DNA of 64,000 nucleotides from Desulfatiglandales bacterium (GTDB lineage: Bacteria > Desulfobacterota > DSM-4660 > Desulfatiglandales > Desulfatiglandaceae): positions 6,784,001 to 6,848,000 of the forward strand of contig OY759599.1 in the NCBI GenBank assembly GCA_963662465.1, read 5' to 3'. Below, piece by piece: positions 50,689-62,186 of the stretch. Below the pieces are notes generated by a model, which saw only the letters and a list, made by a program, of their open reading frames with translations, had not been told where the DNA came from and did no database searches. Positions within the stretch are counted from its first letter, which is position 1; the number at the start of each line of letters is the position of its first letter. The position numbers were made by a program, and so were the translations under genes.

Positions 50689-52486
50689 CAGCAATTCCCG
50701 GTCAAGAATTTACTCACAGAGTTTGAAAAACATATTTCAAAAACAAACCCTGAGATCAGATCCTTTTCAGAAAAATTGTATTAAATCCACTATTACCTCC
50801 CTCGATTTCTTGCAGGTTGAGCTTCTTTGACAAGAGTAAGAGCATAAAAGCACGAGTTAGGGCAGAGATATCCATTTCCGGAATCTCCAGTTTTTTATTA
50901 ATGAGAGCATTTTTGTATGCGAACTTGGGCATGACAAATTTAACCACTGTTATATAGAATAACTGGCGCTTGAAACTTTACGCCATAATAGAGGGCTTCA
51001 TAGAGCATCCTCATCGATTTGAATTCAAAATCTCTAAACAAAGCTCTCATCCGTTCCCACAATTCCCTTTTTGAGCCGAGTTTATGCCATGCGGCTATAA
51101 ATAGAGGGCAACAAAGCTGTTGAGTTTGATCCACCAAGAATGCCAGCATCATGAGCATCGCAAAAACAACACTCAGATTCTTCTTGCCGAGCCCGTAGTT
51201 GTGTTCAAAATGATATCCTTGGTTCTTAAGAGTATTGAAGGTTTCATTTTCGATCTTCCATCTCGCACGGCCGCCTCGCATTAGCTGGTATGCATTGTCC
51301 TTTCCTATTAAAAAATCTGTCACCCAACTAAAATGTTTTGTTTTTTTCGGTGTAATTTCCCAATATTCCAGAAAGTTAACCAGCATATTCTTGTTAGAGG
51401 CATTGAGAGGTACCTGGTTAATAAATCGGAAACGATGTATTTTTTCCGGATCCTCTTTATCGACCAATTCGAATTCAGTGACGTCACCATTTATCCGCGC
51501 TTGTTCGACGTGATTAAACAAGAAATGGTGATCTCCTTTTTTAACTCCCAGAATATAATGAAAATTTTGCTTTTGTATTTCTTCAATGTGGGGTGCATTC
51601 GAACTTAACGCGTCCTCTGTTATAATGATAGGCAGATGGGGATGCTCCTCTTTTAGCTTTTGCAAGAAACGTTTCGCGGCATTACGCTCACAGTCGTTCT
51701 TGCTTTGGCCATCCTGCTTGACTATGAATTCCGGAGCAAGCGGAATGACCTCTTTGAAATCCGGATGGACAATTGCTGCCCCCAACATCTGCTGATAATA
51801 GGTTTTTTCGCCGGTTTTTTTCGATACTTTTACCAAACAACTATCAGAGGAAAGTTTCTTCGATGAGAAGAAACCCGTTCCATCCAAAGATAGAAGATAA
51901 CAACCTTCGAAAAATACCATACGTTCAAGCACCTTTCCCCTTTGCAGTTCCCAGAAGATATTCCTATACGGTTTCCGAAGTTCTTCTGCGAGCACTTCAT
52001 CAAGAATGGTGCGCATCGTACTGTCACATGGGATCTTTCCAATATGGTATATGTTCCCAAGATTACTATCGGTTTTTCTTCTTTCATCAAAGGCAAGCAA
52101 CGATGGCTCCTTGAGCGAAAACATTGCAAACCCGGACATCAAGGCATCCGCAATAGTAATATCGGGATCCTCACGGCAGTCAGAGACTTCAGAAAAATCT
52201 TTATGCAGACGCTTGAAAATTGCATCTGCATTAAGATGCTTGCGAACTCCAATCTTGCCTCTCTCTTTTCTTCCTTTTTGGCTTCTGATTCCCATAGGCA
52301 GTAATCATCGGCCAAGTTGATCTGAAAGTCCAGCTTTTTCTGAGAATTGCCAAAAAAATTCCTGTTTTATTTTAAAAATTGGAGAAAAAAGCCTTTTCAG
52401 GCTATTCATTCAACGTAAAGCTTTACGAAAAGGAAATGCCAAAAGGTACTGTCCTAGCGCCTTTAGAATCTAAGCGGGAATTGCTG
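50689..52486 (-). mobile_element. 1798 bp DDE insertion sequence, copy B (inverted)
   Basis: Same IRs as copy A; 9 bp TSD CCAATTCTC. Confidence 0.95.
50940..52295 (-). CDS. DDE transposase, identical protein to 46091-47446
   Basis: ORF track translations match. Confidence 0.92.
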   Translation of the reverse strand: MGIRSQKGRKERGKIGVRKHLNADAIFKRLHKDFSEVSDCREDPDITIADALMSGFAMFSLKEPSLLAFDERRKTDSNLGNIYHIGKIPCDSTMRTILDEVLAEELRKPYRNIFWELQRGKVLERMVFFEGCYLLSLDGTGFFSSKKLSSDSCLVKVSKKTGEKTYYQQMLGAAIVHPDFKEVIPLAPEFIVKQDGQSKNDCERNAAKRFLQKLKEEHPHLPIIITEDALSSNAPHIEEIQKQNFHYILGVKKGDHHFLFNHVEQARINGDVTEFELVDKEDPEKIHRFRFINQVPLNASNKNMLVNFLEYWEITPKKTKHFSWVTDFLIGKDNAYQLMRGGRARWKIENETFNTLKNQGYHFEHNYGLGKKNLSVVFAMLMMLAFLVDQTQQLCCPLFIAAWHKLGSKRELWERMRALFRDFEFKSMRMLYEALYYGVKFQAPVILYNSG

Positions 52487-53146
52487 CCAATTCTCAAAAG
52501 AAAACGAACAAAATGCCATGTTTTCGCTTTTAACCAAGGCCAATGAACGGCAATGGGAAGTCATTGAGCAGTCTGTTTTACTTCAGGAATTACATCGGCG
52601 TTTTGGGTGCAGCCTCTCCCATATTGCAACCCGAATAGGGCGCGACAAGAGTTTTGTAAAACGGCGGCTGGACCTGGTTGAAGCCCTGCCGGAAAATATT
52701 TTGAGAACCGTGATTGCAGGCTCACTTTCAACCTGGGCTGCCAGCCGTGTCATGGCGCCGTTGGCGCGCGCCAACGGTGAAGACGCACAAAAACTGTTGG
52801 CCCACCTGGAAAAAGAACCTCTATCCACAAGGGAACTGGCCCGTTTCTACGCACATTACCAGAAAAGCAACCGGTCTGTTCGAGACCACATGCTGGAAAA
52901 TCCATCCCTTTTCATAAAAGTTCTCGAACAAAGAACCCAGTCTAAACAAGCCAAAGAAGTTCATGATGGACCGGAAGGCAAATGGTTCAAGGATATTGAA
53001 ATGGTATATGCGGTTCTCAAACGTCTGGTGAAAACCGTTTCGCATGTCCATTACCCAAAAAGCGATCAGTTGAAGAAACAAACGCTCAAAACCTGGGTGA
53101 AAAAGATAGAAAAACAAGCACTGGAACTCAAGAAAGCGACCCAATT

Positions 53147-54529
53147 ATGATCCGACAATCCAAAAAAGATGCCATTGTGGAATTGAAAAAAACCGGCATG
53201 AGTTTGCGCGACATCGCCAAAACCCTGAAGGCCGGTCGCAATACCGTCACGAAGGTTTTAGATGATCATGACGAAGAGGCGGTACCCCAAAGGAACTCCC
53301 GGTATGAAGAACATGTCCCGTTGATCCGCGAGCTTTTCAAGGAATGTAAAGGAAATGCCGTGCGAGTAGCCGAGGAACTGGAAAGCCGCCAACAGATCAA
53401 AATCCCTTATCAGAGTCTGACCTGGATTATGAGAAAGTACGAGATCCGGGAACGTAAAAAAAGACGGGCGGGCCAATACCATTTTAAACCCGGTCAGGAG
53501 ATGCAGCATGATACGTCACCCCATCTGGTTGTCATTAATGGGAAAAAAATGTCGACCCAGTGCGCGTCCCTGACCCTGGCCTTTTGCCGAAGGATTTTTA
53601 TTCAGTATTACCCCTGTTTTACCCGGTTTGAGTGCAAGGTTTTCCTAAAAAAAGCATTCGAGTTTATGGACGGGGTGTGTTCCCGGTGCATGGTTGACAA
53701 CACCAATGTTATTGTGGCCGGCGGCACCGGGCCTGATGCATTGATTGCGCCTGAAATGAAATACTTCGGCGATATGTATGGAACCCGGTTTGAGGCCCAT
53801 GCTGTAGGAGACGCCAATCGAAGTGCCCGTGTGGAAAGGCCTTTTCATTTTGTGGAAAACAATTTTCTTCCCGGTAGAACATTTGTTAGCTGGCAGGATT
53901 TGAACCGGCAGGCAATCGACTGGTGCCGGAATACAAGCGATAAAAAGTTTAAACGGGCTTTAGGGATGACGCCGGATGAGGCCTATGTCATTGAAAAGCC
54001 ATATCTCATTGATTTACCGGCATACCAGCCGCCAGTCTATGTGGCAGAACACAGGGTAGCCGATGTTCAGGGATATGTGCACTTGGACACCAACCGCTAT
54101 TCAGTCCCTGAAGCGCTGATTGGGAACTCCCTGGAAGTACAGAAACATTGGCTCAAGGTCATCGTTTACGACAAAAACACAAAAGTGGCGGAACATGACC
54201 GCATACTGGATAAACGCAACACCCGAACAACCCTGCCCGGTCACCATGTTCCCATTCGAAGAAAAAAAGATCCCCGAATCCCTTCAAAAGAAGAACAGCT
54301 GTTGACGGGAGAGGATGCCATCCTGGATGAGTATGTGGCTGAACTGAAGAAAAGAAGTCACGGTCGCGGTGTGGTCAAGTTACGTCGGTTGCTTCATCTG
54401 AAACGCACTTATCCCGGGGAACCTTTTTTGAAAGCCATAACACAGGCGCTTAAATATGGACTTTTTGATTTGTCGCGTCTGGAAAACATTATTCTCGATT
54501 ATATCGCGGGAGACTTTTTTGATCTATGA
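53147..54529 (+). CDS. istA: IS21 family transposase
   Basis: PGQEMQHD, MVDN, NRSARVER, NRYSVP. Confidence 0.92.
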   Translation: MIRQSKKDAIVELKKTGMSLRDIAKTLKAGRNTVTKVLDDHDEEAVPQRNSRYEEHVPLIRELFKECKGNAVRVAEELESRQQIKIPYQSLTWIMRKYEIRERKKRRAGQYHFKPGQEMQHDTSPHLVVINGKKMSTQCASLTLAFCRRIFIQYYPCFTRFECKVFLKKAFEFMDGVCSRCMVDNTNVIVAGGTGPDALIAPEMKYFGDMYGTRFEAHAVGDANRSARVERPFHFVENNFLPGRTFVSWQDLNRQAIDWCRNTSDKKFKRALGMTPDEAYVIEKPYLIDLPAYQPPVYVAEHRVADVQGYVHLDTNRYSVPEALIGNSLEVQKHWLKVIVYDKNTKVAEHDRILDKRNTRTTLPGHHVPIRRKKDPRIPSKEEQLLTGEDAILDEYVAELKKRSHGRGVVKLRRLLHLKRTYPGEPFLKAITQALKYGLFDLSRLENIILDYIAGDFFDL

Positions 54530-55245
54530 AAAAGAAAATTGAACAGTTACTCATTGATTTGAAGTTTAAAGGCATGCTGAAGGCTCTCGAAGAACAGTTG
54601 GCTTCGGCTGAAAAGAACGGTTTTTCCATTCACGAGGTCATCTACAATCTCCTGGCTGAGGAATTACGTTTCCGGCAGGAGCGCAGCATGATCTATCGGG
54701 TCCAGATTGCAAAGCTTCCATGGGAATGGACCCTCAACTCCTTTCCGTTTGATCTTCAGCCGGGAATACAGAAGAGCCGGATCATGACGTTGTCCGGCCT
54801 TGACTTTATCAGCCGAAGAGAAAACATCGTGTTCCATGGAAAAACCGGCGTCGGCAAAACGGGATTGGCCGTGGGGATCCTTCGTCAAGCCATTATTGCC
54901 GGGTACCGGGGGCGTTTTTATAATGTTCAGGATTTGCTGGATCAGCTCTATGCGTCTTTGGCAGATCGGTCCACCCCGAAACTCCTCAATGCCCTTTGCA
55001 GATATGACCTGCTTCTGCTCGATGAACTGGGATACCTGACCCTCAAAAAAGAGCAGATGAACGCCTTTTTTAAACTCATGAAAGATCGCTATGAAGCCGG
55101 TCGGTCCACAATTATTACGACCAATCTTCAACCTGAACAATGGTATTCGCTGCTTGAACCAAAGGACATGGTCGATGCCTTGCTGGATCGTCTCAACCAT
55201 CGCTGCATCAACATTCATATTGATGGTCCTTCCCTCAGAAAATGA
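54526..55245 (+). CDS. istB: IS21 helper ATPase
   Basis: GKTGVGKT, LDELGY, ITTN, ALLDRL. Confidence 0.94.
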   Translation: MKKKIEQLLIDLKFKGMLKALEEQLASAEKNGFSIHEVIYNLLAEELRFRQERSMIYRVQIAKLPWEWTLNSFPFDLQPGIQKSRIMTLSGLDFISRRENIVFHGKTGVGKTGLAVGILRQAIIAGYRGRFYNVQDLLDQLYASLADRSTPKLLNALCRYDLLLLDELGYLTLKKEQMNAFFKLMKDRYEAGRSTIITTNLQPEQWYSLLEPKDMVDALLDRLNHRCINIHIDGPSLRK

Positions 55246-55343
55246 GATGTTCGCCAAAGGGCCGGTTTTGAGGTCTGAATATCACCGGTCTGTTTGAATC
55301 TCGTTACACGAATATCAGAAATTACCTTGTCTTGGAGCTTGAA

Positions 55344-55541
55344 ATGAGAGGTGGAAAACGGGTAGGCGCCGGCCGAAGAAAGAAACCGGAACATTTGAGA
55401 CGTGAACTGCTCACCATTCGTCTCCCCAAATGGATGATTCTACAGCTGAAAAAAAACGGGGAAATTGGATATTTGATTGAGGATCAATTGGCGAAGGGAG
55501 GCCTCCTGAATTTACCGGACGACTATGACATAGACAAATAG
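55344..55541 (+). CDS. Small RGGKRxGAGR regulator-like protein
   Basis: MRGGKRVGAGRRKKPEHLRRELLTIRLPKW...LPDDY. Confidence 0.75.
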   Translation: MRGGKRVGAGRRKKPEHLRRELLTIRLPKWMILQLKKNGEIGYLIEDQLAKGGLLNLPDDYDIDK

Positions 55542-56004
55542 TTCCTCAATAAGCATTGCCCTTAACCGAAAAATCTAATCCCCTCTTCTCTGCCATCACC
55601 ATATTGATGGTATCCTCATCACTGATTCTTCAACCAGAACGCTACGTGTCTCACCAGCATTTTTAAAATACCATCTGATATACTCTTTCATGCAACCTCT
55701 AACAAATTTACAAGAAAACCCTTCTAAAAGGAAAAGACCAGTGCGCAATATCTGGTTCCGTTTGGAGTAGCAAAACTGGTTCCATTTTGGTTAGCGCCCA
55801 AGATTGAAAACCGATTCTTCTATTAAAAATATCTTGAAGAGTACTTGAAAACAACATTTCTCGTAGTGGTGGCACCTCCTTTCGAATCTTATTGTACGGG
55901 GCTAACAAGTTCGTGTAAAAATTGCATTGGCTCGTAGCATTATCGGTTATTTGTCTACGGTTTCCATAACCAGCGCTATTTTTTTTGGAATCTTACCTCC
56001 GCAC

Positions 56005-56090
56005 ACCCAACGATAAGCTCACCTGCGCCTCCGACCAATGTCGCGAGAACCGCATGACTTCCAGGCGTCAGGTGAAGCGCCAGGTTCGCG
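56005..56090 (-). other. attC site (86 bp family)
   Basis: CGCGAAC-ctggc-GCTTCACC...GGTGAGC-ttatc-GTTGGGT. Confidence 0.88.
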
Positions 56091-56154
56091 CTTCGTTAAT
56101 TTGGAGGGACCTGAGGTCCTTCTTGCAGGGGCTAGATTCTTTGGCTCCGAAAAA

Positions 56155-57606
56155 TTATTGAGGAAGCACCTTTACATTTGGCTCTAATTTTACGGCCCCA
56201 CCACCTGTGGCTAAAGCATTGTAAATTTCACTCATTCCGTCGTGCACTGTAAACGACTCTTTCCAACCGCCACTGATGGTAACCATTCCAGTTTTTTTCC
56301 AATTCGGCGTTTCTGAATAAGTACCATCGGCAACCTTGATGAGTGAACCATCCTCGGCCGCTTCTAAGGCAAGCTGGATCGTTTGGTAGCAGGGGTCTTG
56401 GCCACATTGTCCGTCTGAAATTACATACAAGGTGGATGCGTAAGAGGTCGTAAAAGGTATATTATCACCATACCCTGTTTCAGCTGAATTACTTGCGTAT
56501 GCCCTTACATGATAGGTAATTCCGGGATTCAGCCCTGTAATTGAACTTGTGAACTCTCCTTTTCCACTACCATCTACGGTATGGCTGTCACTGGTGGTGG
56601 GATCACCCGAGGTATTCCAGCAAACCCCTCTGACCGTTACTGTATCGCCGCCTTCTGATACAACCGTACCGCCACTTTGAGCGCTGGTGGATGTGATGGA
56701 AGATATGGAGGGATTCGTGGTAACACTAGGAGACGTGCAGCTTTTAAAAGAGAAAAATACGGTATTCGAAATGTAAGCATCTTCCTGCTCCAGATATGCG
56801 TCTGCGCGCAAAAGGTGTATCCCCGGTTGATTCCAATTGTACATAAGCATTATGGGAGTATATAGCACCAGATCAAACGTTCCTTGAGGCAAATTGGTGC
56901 TCATGTATTCCAAATTTTCATTTACAATATAGGAGTGATAATAATTTTCACCGTCATCAGATGTGAGGGTTGTGCCAAGATACGGAGAATTGCCTATGCA
57001 CGATTCAAAGGGAGCTGCCGGGCCGATTGAGAGAGACACACTTGTCTTGCAGGATTTGGTTTGGTAAGTGATTTCAGTGCTGGCAAGAAGATTGGACGAT
57101 GAGTCTAAAACTTCAATTCCCAAAGTACCGCCACCGTTAATCTGATTAAGTGTGCTGGACGACAAGTTTGGAAACGGATTATGAAAGTAAGGAGAAGAAT
57201 CAACGTTCAAAGAGTAATTAGAGATCGGAGAACCATCCAATTTGATGATTACATATACTCTCTGCAACGTATCCAGCACAATTTTGACCATCTTTATGGG
57301 ACCGGTTCGAGTGTCGGCCGTTACCACCGGCTCGCAATAAGTTTGTGTTTCCCCCCATTCACCCAACCCTAGACTTAATATTTGCACTTCATTTGCTCGA
57401 TCTTTTTCCATATCAGAAGGAATTTCAAATGTGGACTGCTCCGCTAATGACGCATCTCCGCTTGAGAAACCGGCTGAAATGATGTCACTATTTGTCCTAT
57501 CTTCCCCAATAATTTCTGTGTCACAAAATGCTGGCGGATTAAAATCAGGGCTAAAAAAAACAAAACTCATAGTAGATAGCGCTATAAAAAAGATTACACT
57601 TTTCAT
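56155..57606 (-). CDS. Secreted protein with an FN3-like domain; first cassette of integron 2
   Basis: Signal peptide; RGVCW...PT...F.S.ITGL.PG.TYHVRAYA.N..GYG; GGAGG RBS. Confidence 0.8.
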   Translation of the reverse strand: MKSVIFFIALSTMSFVFFSPDFNPPAFCDTEIIGEDRTNSDIISAGFSSGDASLAEQSTFEIPSDMEKDRANEVQILSLGLGEWGETQTYCEPVVTADTRTGPIKMVKIVLDTLQRVYVIIKLDGSPISNYSLNVDSSPYFHNPFPNLSSSTLNQINGGGTLGIEVLDSSSNLLASTEITYQTKSCKTSVSLSIGPAAPFESCIGNSPYLGTTLTSDDGENYYHSYIVNENLEYMSTNLPQGTFDLVLYTPIMLMYNWNQPGIHLLRADAYLEQEDAYISNTVFFSFKSCTSPSVTTNPSISSITSTSAQSGGTVVSEGGDTVTVRGVCWNTSGDPTTSDSHTVDGSGKGEFTSSITGLNPGITYHVRAYASNSAETGYGDNIPFTTSYASTLYVISDGQCGQDPCYQTIQLALEAAEDGSLIKVADGTYSETPNWKKTGMVTISGGWKESFTVHDGMSEIYNALATGGGAVKLEPNVKVLPQ

Positions 57607-57702
57607 GGTACTTCCTCCTAATTCGAATTGTCGAGTAGCCAGGGGATGTCACCATCCCCCAGCCCTCTAAGAACCGTGCGTGCGCCGTTAAACGCACACG
57701 GC

Positions 57703-59559
57703 TCAAGCATTCCAAAGGCAAGCCCTTTCGGGGCTACCCGGTTGTGACGTTTTATGCTCTTTACGCCTGTCTGCCTTCTGCTGACTGCGTTGGGCATATC
57801 GTTTCCTGAAATATTGTTCATATTTCGGATCGAAGGGGTTCGCATCCCCTCGAATTTTGACATGGCGTTTTATCCTGACGTTGTGAGCCTTCTCAAGTTC
57901 AATTCTGGCGGATTTCGCATAGCCGTCCTCGATCACCGCTGAAAAGGACCACGGGCCAGATCCTTTTGACCAGTATTTATCCACCAGCCAACTCTTACTC
58001 TTGCCCGAATGTTTCCTCCTCATCCATTGCCAAATATAGCTGTAGATACGGTGATCTACAAACCCGAAAGTTCTACCTGAAACCACATGCCTGTGGTAAT
58101 TGGCCCACCCCCTGATTTTGGGATTGAGTACTTTAATCAGAATGTCGGCTCTTGATGCCGCATGCTTTCGGATTGTTTGCCGGATATTGCCTAAAAAGGC
58201 TTTCACGTTTTTGCGAGAGGGCTTTATCAAAAGTTTTCCTCCGTATTTGCGTGAACTTTGTCCGAGAAAATCAAATCCTTCTTCTATCCTTGTGATCAAC
58301 GTTTTTTCCGCTGAAAGCGAAAGACCTCTTCGCTCCATAAATGCTTCAATTTCCAGCTTGATCTCATTTAGCATCTCTCTGGAATTCCCGGTGATGATAA
58401 AATCATCAGCGTAGCGGATTACGTTTATCTTGGACCGTATATTTCCCTGAATTCTTATCGGGGCGGTGCTTTTGGCTGCCGCTTCCAGACCATCCAGGAC
58501 CATATTAGCCAACGTTGGAGAGATAATCCCGCCTTATGCAAAGAAAGTAATTATGCAAAGTAAGCCATAAAATTCATAGTAATTCAAGGGTTTCTTTTTG
58601 ATTTACTTAGCATAATCTCCACTTATGATGACTGAGAAAAAGTTCAAATAATCATTAGATGGAACAAAGGAGATATTTTTGTCCAAAACAAACCAAGGAT
58701 ACTGCATTGTTTAATTGGATTTCAAGTCTGCAGTAGCCGTGATATTATGCAAAGTAAATCCACTGAAGGTGCTGTAAATCTAATAACTTAACGATCTACT
58801 TCGCATAATCGCGAACTTTGCATAAGGGGGTTTATGCAAAGCTTTGCATAACCCGCCTTGCGGGGTTCCTCTGTATGTTGGATAGAGCTTGCCTCTTTCT
58901 ACATACCCGGCTTTCAGCCATTTCTGAAGCGTCTGTTTATCCATCGGGATATTTTCCAGCATCCATTGATGGCTGATTTCGTCAAAACAGGCCTTTATAT
59001 CTCCCTCCAGAATCCATACGGGTGAGTGGCGCTTGGCCAGAGAAATAAAACACTGACCGATGGCATCCGCACATCCCCGATAGGGTCTGAACCCGTAAGA
59101 GTTCGGATCGGCGGTGGTTTCCGCCACCGGATCAAGCGCCAATTTGTACAACGCCTGCATGGCTCTGTCCTTCATTGTGGGAATGCCCAATGGGCGTTTC
59201 TTGCCGTTTTTCTTGGGTATGTAAATTCGGCGCAGCGGTTTGGGTTGGTAGGCTCTTCGGCGCAGGTCGTTTACCGCCTGCATTTTGTCAATGTGGGTGG
59301 ACCATATGACTTTATCCACTCCCGGTGTGCGTTTACCCCGGTTGGAAGTAACGCGCTTGATAGCCAACAACTTGGCATAAAACGAATGAGTCAAAAGCCA
59401 CTGTATCACCTTGACTTTTCCCCATCGCTTTTCCTTCACAGCCTTTGCGATACGCACCTGCAGTCTTCTAACGTGCTCGCCGACGGTTTTCCAGTTTATG
59501 GATTTCCACCAGTTTGTTCCGTCCAAAGGTGCACCAGTCGCCAAAACGGCCACCGTCAT
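57703..59559 (-). pseudogene. ltrA: Intron RT/maturase interrupted at PQGG by a MITE
   Basis: WKSINW..V.RLQ.RIAKA, TPGVD, GTPQGG|IISP, YADD; 510 aa when rejoined. Confidence 0.92.
58534..58851. mobile_element. 318 bp non-coding MITE-like insertion with repeated TTATGCAAAG sites
   Basis: Terminal TTATGCAAAG/CTTTGCATAA; flanking CCCGCC duplication. Confidence 0.85.
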
Positions 59560-60194
59560 TCGCCCGTTTCACTGGCTGTTTTCCCCTGTTTGAAGATTCG
59601 ACAGATTATCTCGCAATGGAACACCGGTCAGAAGTCTGCTCTCTTTCGAGCCGGATCATGTAGGTAGTTACACCCTCAATCCGTATCCCCATCATTACAA
59701 CGAGGCATTCGCTTTTTCTGACATCCTTTACCCGCAACCCCATGGGCTCACCTTGCGGTTCGCTTTCCCCGTGGGGAGGATTACGGGCTTACCATGTTCC
59801 GCGTAAGTACCAGAGCAGGTTAGGTTCCGCCTTTACGCCGGTGGCACAACATCCGCGACGGAGGAGTTCGCAGCCTCCGTTCCTGGCCACGTACCTTTTG
59901 GTCCAAGCCTTTCAGCATCTTAGGCTTGTTCTCGTGACGACGCTGCAGCGATTCACATGTGTTAACCGTACTGCTCAATTCTAGCTCCCTTACCGCATGA
60001 TGCTTGCAGAGTTGAGGTCCCCTCACGGTTTCCTCTCCCGGAAAATTCCGCGGGCTTCATTGTCCCGAGAGCTTCACACCCCCGGATTACTCCGGACGCA
60101 TGTCCCGGTAGAATACCTGTTGCAGAAAACAGGGTTTTGTTATATGGTTTATATCAATATATAAAACAGCTACTTACGCGACATCACGTCGCAC

Positions 60195-60260
60195 ACGAAC
60201 CAGTTATTATACGGTTTTTTTTGTCATCAAATATCCGTTTCCGCATGTTATCCGACAAAA
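60195..60260 (-). other. Putative attI of integron 2 (GTT at 60200-60198)
   Basis: GTTCG matches R'' CGAAC of the first attC; lies upstream of the divergent intI. Confidence 0.65.
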
Positions 60261-60352
60261 TCGAACCAATCTCCCACTGGAATCTATATTCTGTAAATTA
60301 TTCGATGGAAAAATGCAAGGGCAATGTTTTTATTCTCTGTAAAATATTTAAT

Positions 60353-60568
60353 TAGCAATTCTTATTAGAGATGTGGCTTTCGCTCTCGTTCATACGTTCT
60401 AATGTGGGAATAGTTTTGGGACGCTCCGCGTCCTGCGGCAAACTCGAAAAACACTTGTTTAAATTGGGGATATTCATGATTTAGGACGCAGATCGTCCAG
60501 AAGCGGGTTCCAACATAGGGCGTGTAAAGCAGGATGAGGAGATCGTAATTCCAAAATGAGAATTGCTA
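60353..60568. repeat. Degenerate MITE with AGCAATTCT ends and REP-like palindromes
   Basis: TAGCAATTCT...AGAATTGCTA; GGACGCTCCGCGTCC / GGACGCAGATCGTCC; no TSD seen. Confidence 0.55.
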
Positions 60569-62186
60569 ATTTCCGGTTTTTTCAGAGGCTCATTATGATT
60601 TGCCGGTTGAAAGCCGGCATGAAATTATTATTGACAAAGATAAATGGCATGGCGTATGCATTCCGTATATTGTGCGTATTTGTAATATTGAACATCCAAT
60701 AGGAGGGCATATCATGATTCCAGTTCCGCCAGACATCATAGCGCGTTTTCAGCATTTTCTGGATCGGAAACCCGTTCAAAAGCGATTTCAGGCATATTAC
60801 AAAAAATGGCTTCGATTTTACTGGGATTTTTGCCAAAAATATCATCATCCGGTCTCAAAATATGAAAGCCTCAGTCATTTTATCGAAAAACTCCATCAGA
60901 AAAAACAGAAAGATTATCAAATCAAACAAGCCTCGGATGCCGTTTCTTTGTATTATGAAATCGTCAAAGACAGGCCCTCGGTTGCCGAACATGTGACAAT
61001 TCGAAAGAATGCTTCCGTCAAAAAGGCCGAGATCTTTCCAGATAACGATACAAGTGTTTTTGTCGCGCCCGCCGAGAAACGTTCAAATGCCGTTCAAGCC
61101 GGGCCTGTGGACGTCCCGCTCTCCCGGACGGGTTGTTGGGTTTCGGGGAACAAAAATTCGCCGGAGGCGATATCAAAAACTACCTGTCAAGAGGCGGATC
61201 GAAAACCTTCCGGGTTTTTTGACAAAACTGTTTGCAATAAACGGCAAACATCGGATCAACCGGTTGAAATCGGCACAAGCTGGAAATTCGCCTTTGATGG
61301 CCTCCGTGATGAGATCATGGTTCGGCAGTATTCTCCCAAGACATTGAAGAGCTATTCAATGTGGGTCCGCAAGTTTCAGGCCTTCACCAAATCCAAAACG
61401 TTGGCATCGGTCACCGACGAAGATTACAAAGCCTTTTTGACATTTCTGGCTGTGAAAAGAAAGGTGTCCGCTTCAACTCAGAATCAAGCATTCAATGCCT
61501 TGTTGTTCTTTTTCCGTCATGTTATGAAACGGGAACCTGGCGACATAAAGAACGTTGTCAGAGCAAAGCAGAAACCGTATAGGCCGGTGGTGTTGTCGAG
61601 GCGGGAAATTGATCTGGTTTTGACGCATCTTTCCCATCCATATGACCTCATCGTGAAATTGCTCTACGGTTGCGGATTACGATTGTTTGAATGTCTCAAC
61701 CTTCGCCTTAGTGATTTCGACCTCGAGGGTTGTATGTTGACCGTACATGACGGCAAAGGAAAAAAAGACCGCTCCATTCCTTTGCCGGAAACGGTCATAC
61801 CGGAAATCCGTAACCAATTCGATGTGGTCGCCGATTTGCATGAAAAGGATTTGAATGCCGGGTACGCCGGCGCCTTCTTAAAGGGGCGGTTGGATAAAAA
61901 GTATAAAAATGCGGCCAAAGAATTGGCTTGGCAATGGGTTTTCCCCGGCCTTTCTCTTACCACCGTTAATTCTACTTTGTCATTCTCCATTTGAGGGTTA
62001 TTTTCAATATATGCTATTGATTTAATTTATATTTTTCTCTTGACATGGTCAGAATAACATGTTAGTTTCGACCCATGAAAAAACGAAATCAATGGGGCGT
62101 TGGTATGAGTACCAACAGCCCACCAGAACAATCGTAGTCTTGATAAAGGAGCGACCCATGCCAACAGCCCCCTCGGGGGCATAGAT

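Larger units (their letters stand above)
50459..53150 (+). pseudogene. ParB-like gene split by IS copy B
   Basis: SIETYGQIVP, LIDGYLR; the frame VQFS|KENEQ rejoins the 52518 ORF. Confidence 0.85.
49271..55802 (+). mobile_element. IS21-like element E2 (Zn-ORF, HTH ORF, ParB-like, istA, istB, small regulator)
   Basis: IRs CTTCAACGCTAATCAAAACTGAACCA / TGGTTCCATTTTGGTTAGCGCCCAAG with doubled internal motif; TSD ATTGAAAA. Confidence 0.88.
57630..60194 (-). mobile_element. Group II intron, chloroplast-like (CL1-type), next to attI of integron 2
   Basis: 5' GTGCGACG at 60194; DV GAGCCGTGTGCG..CGCACGCACGGTTC; ends CTACTCGAC at 57630. Confidence 0.9.

Noticed and set aside
55708..55908. 66 aa ORF as a cassette gene
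   Set aside because: It crosses the E2 right IR and is probably a junction artefact
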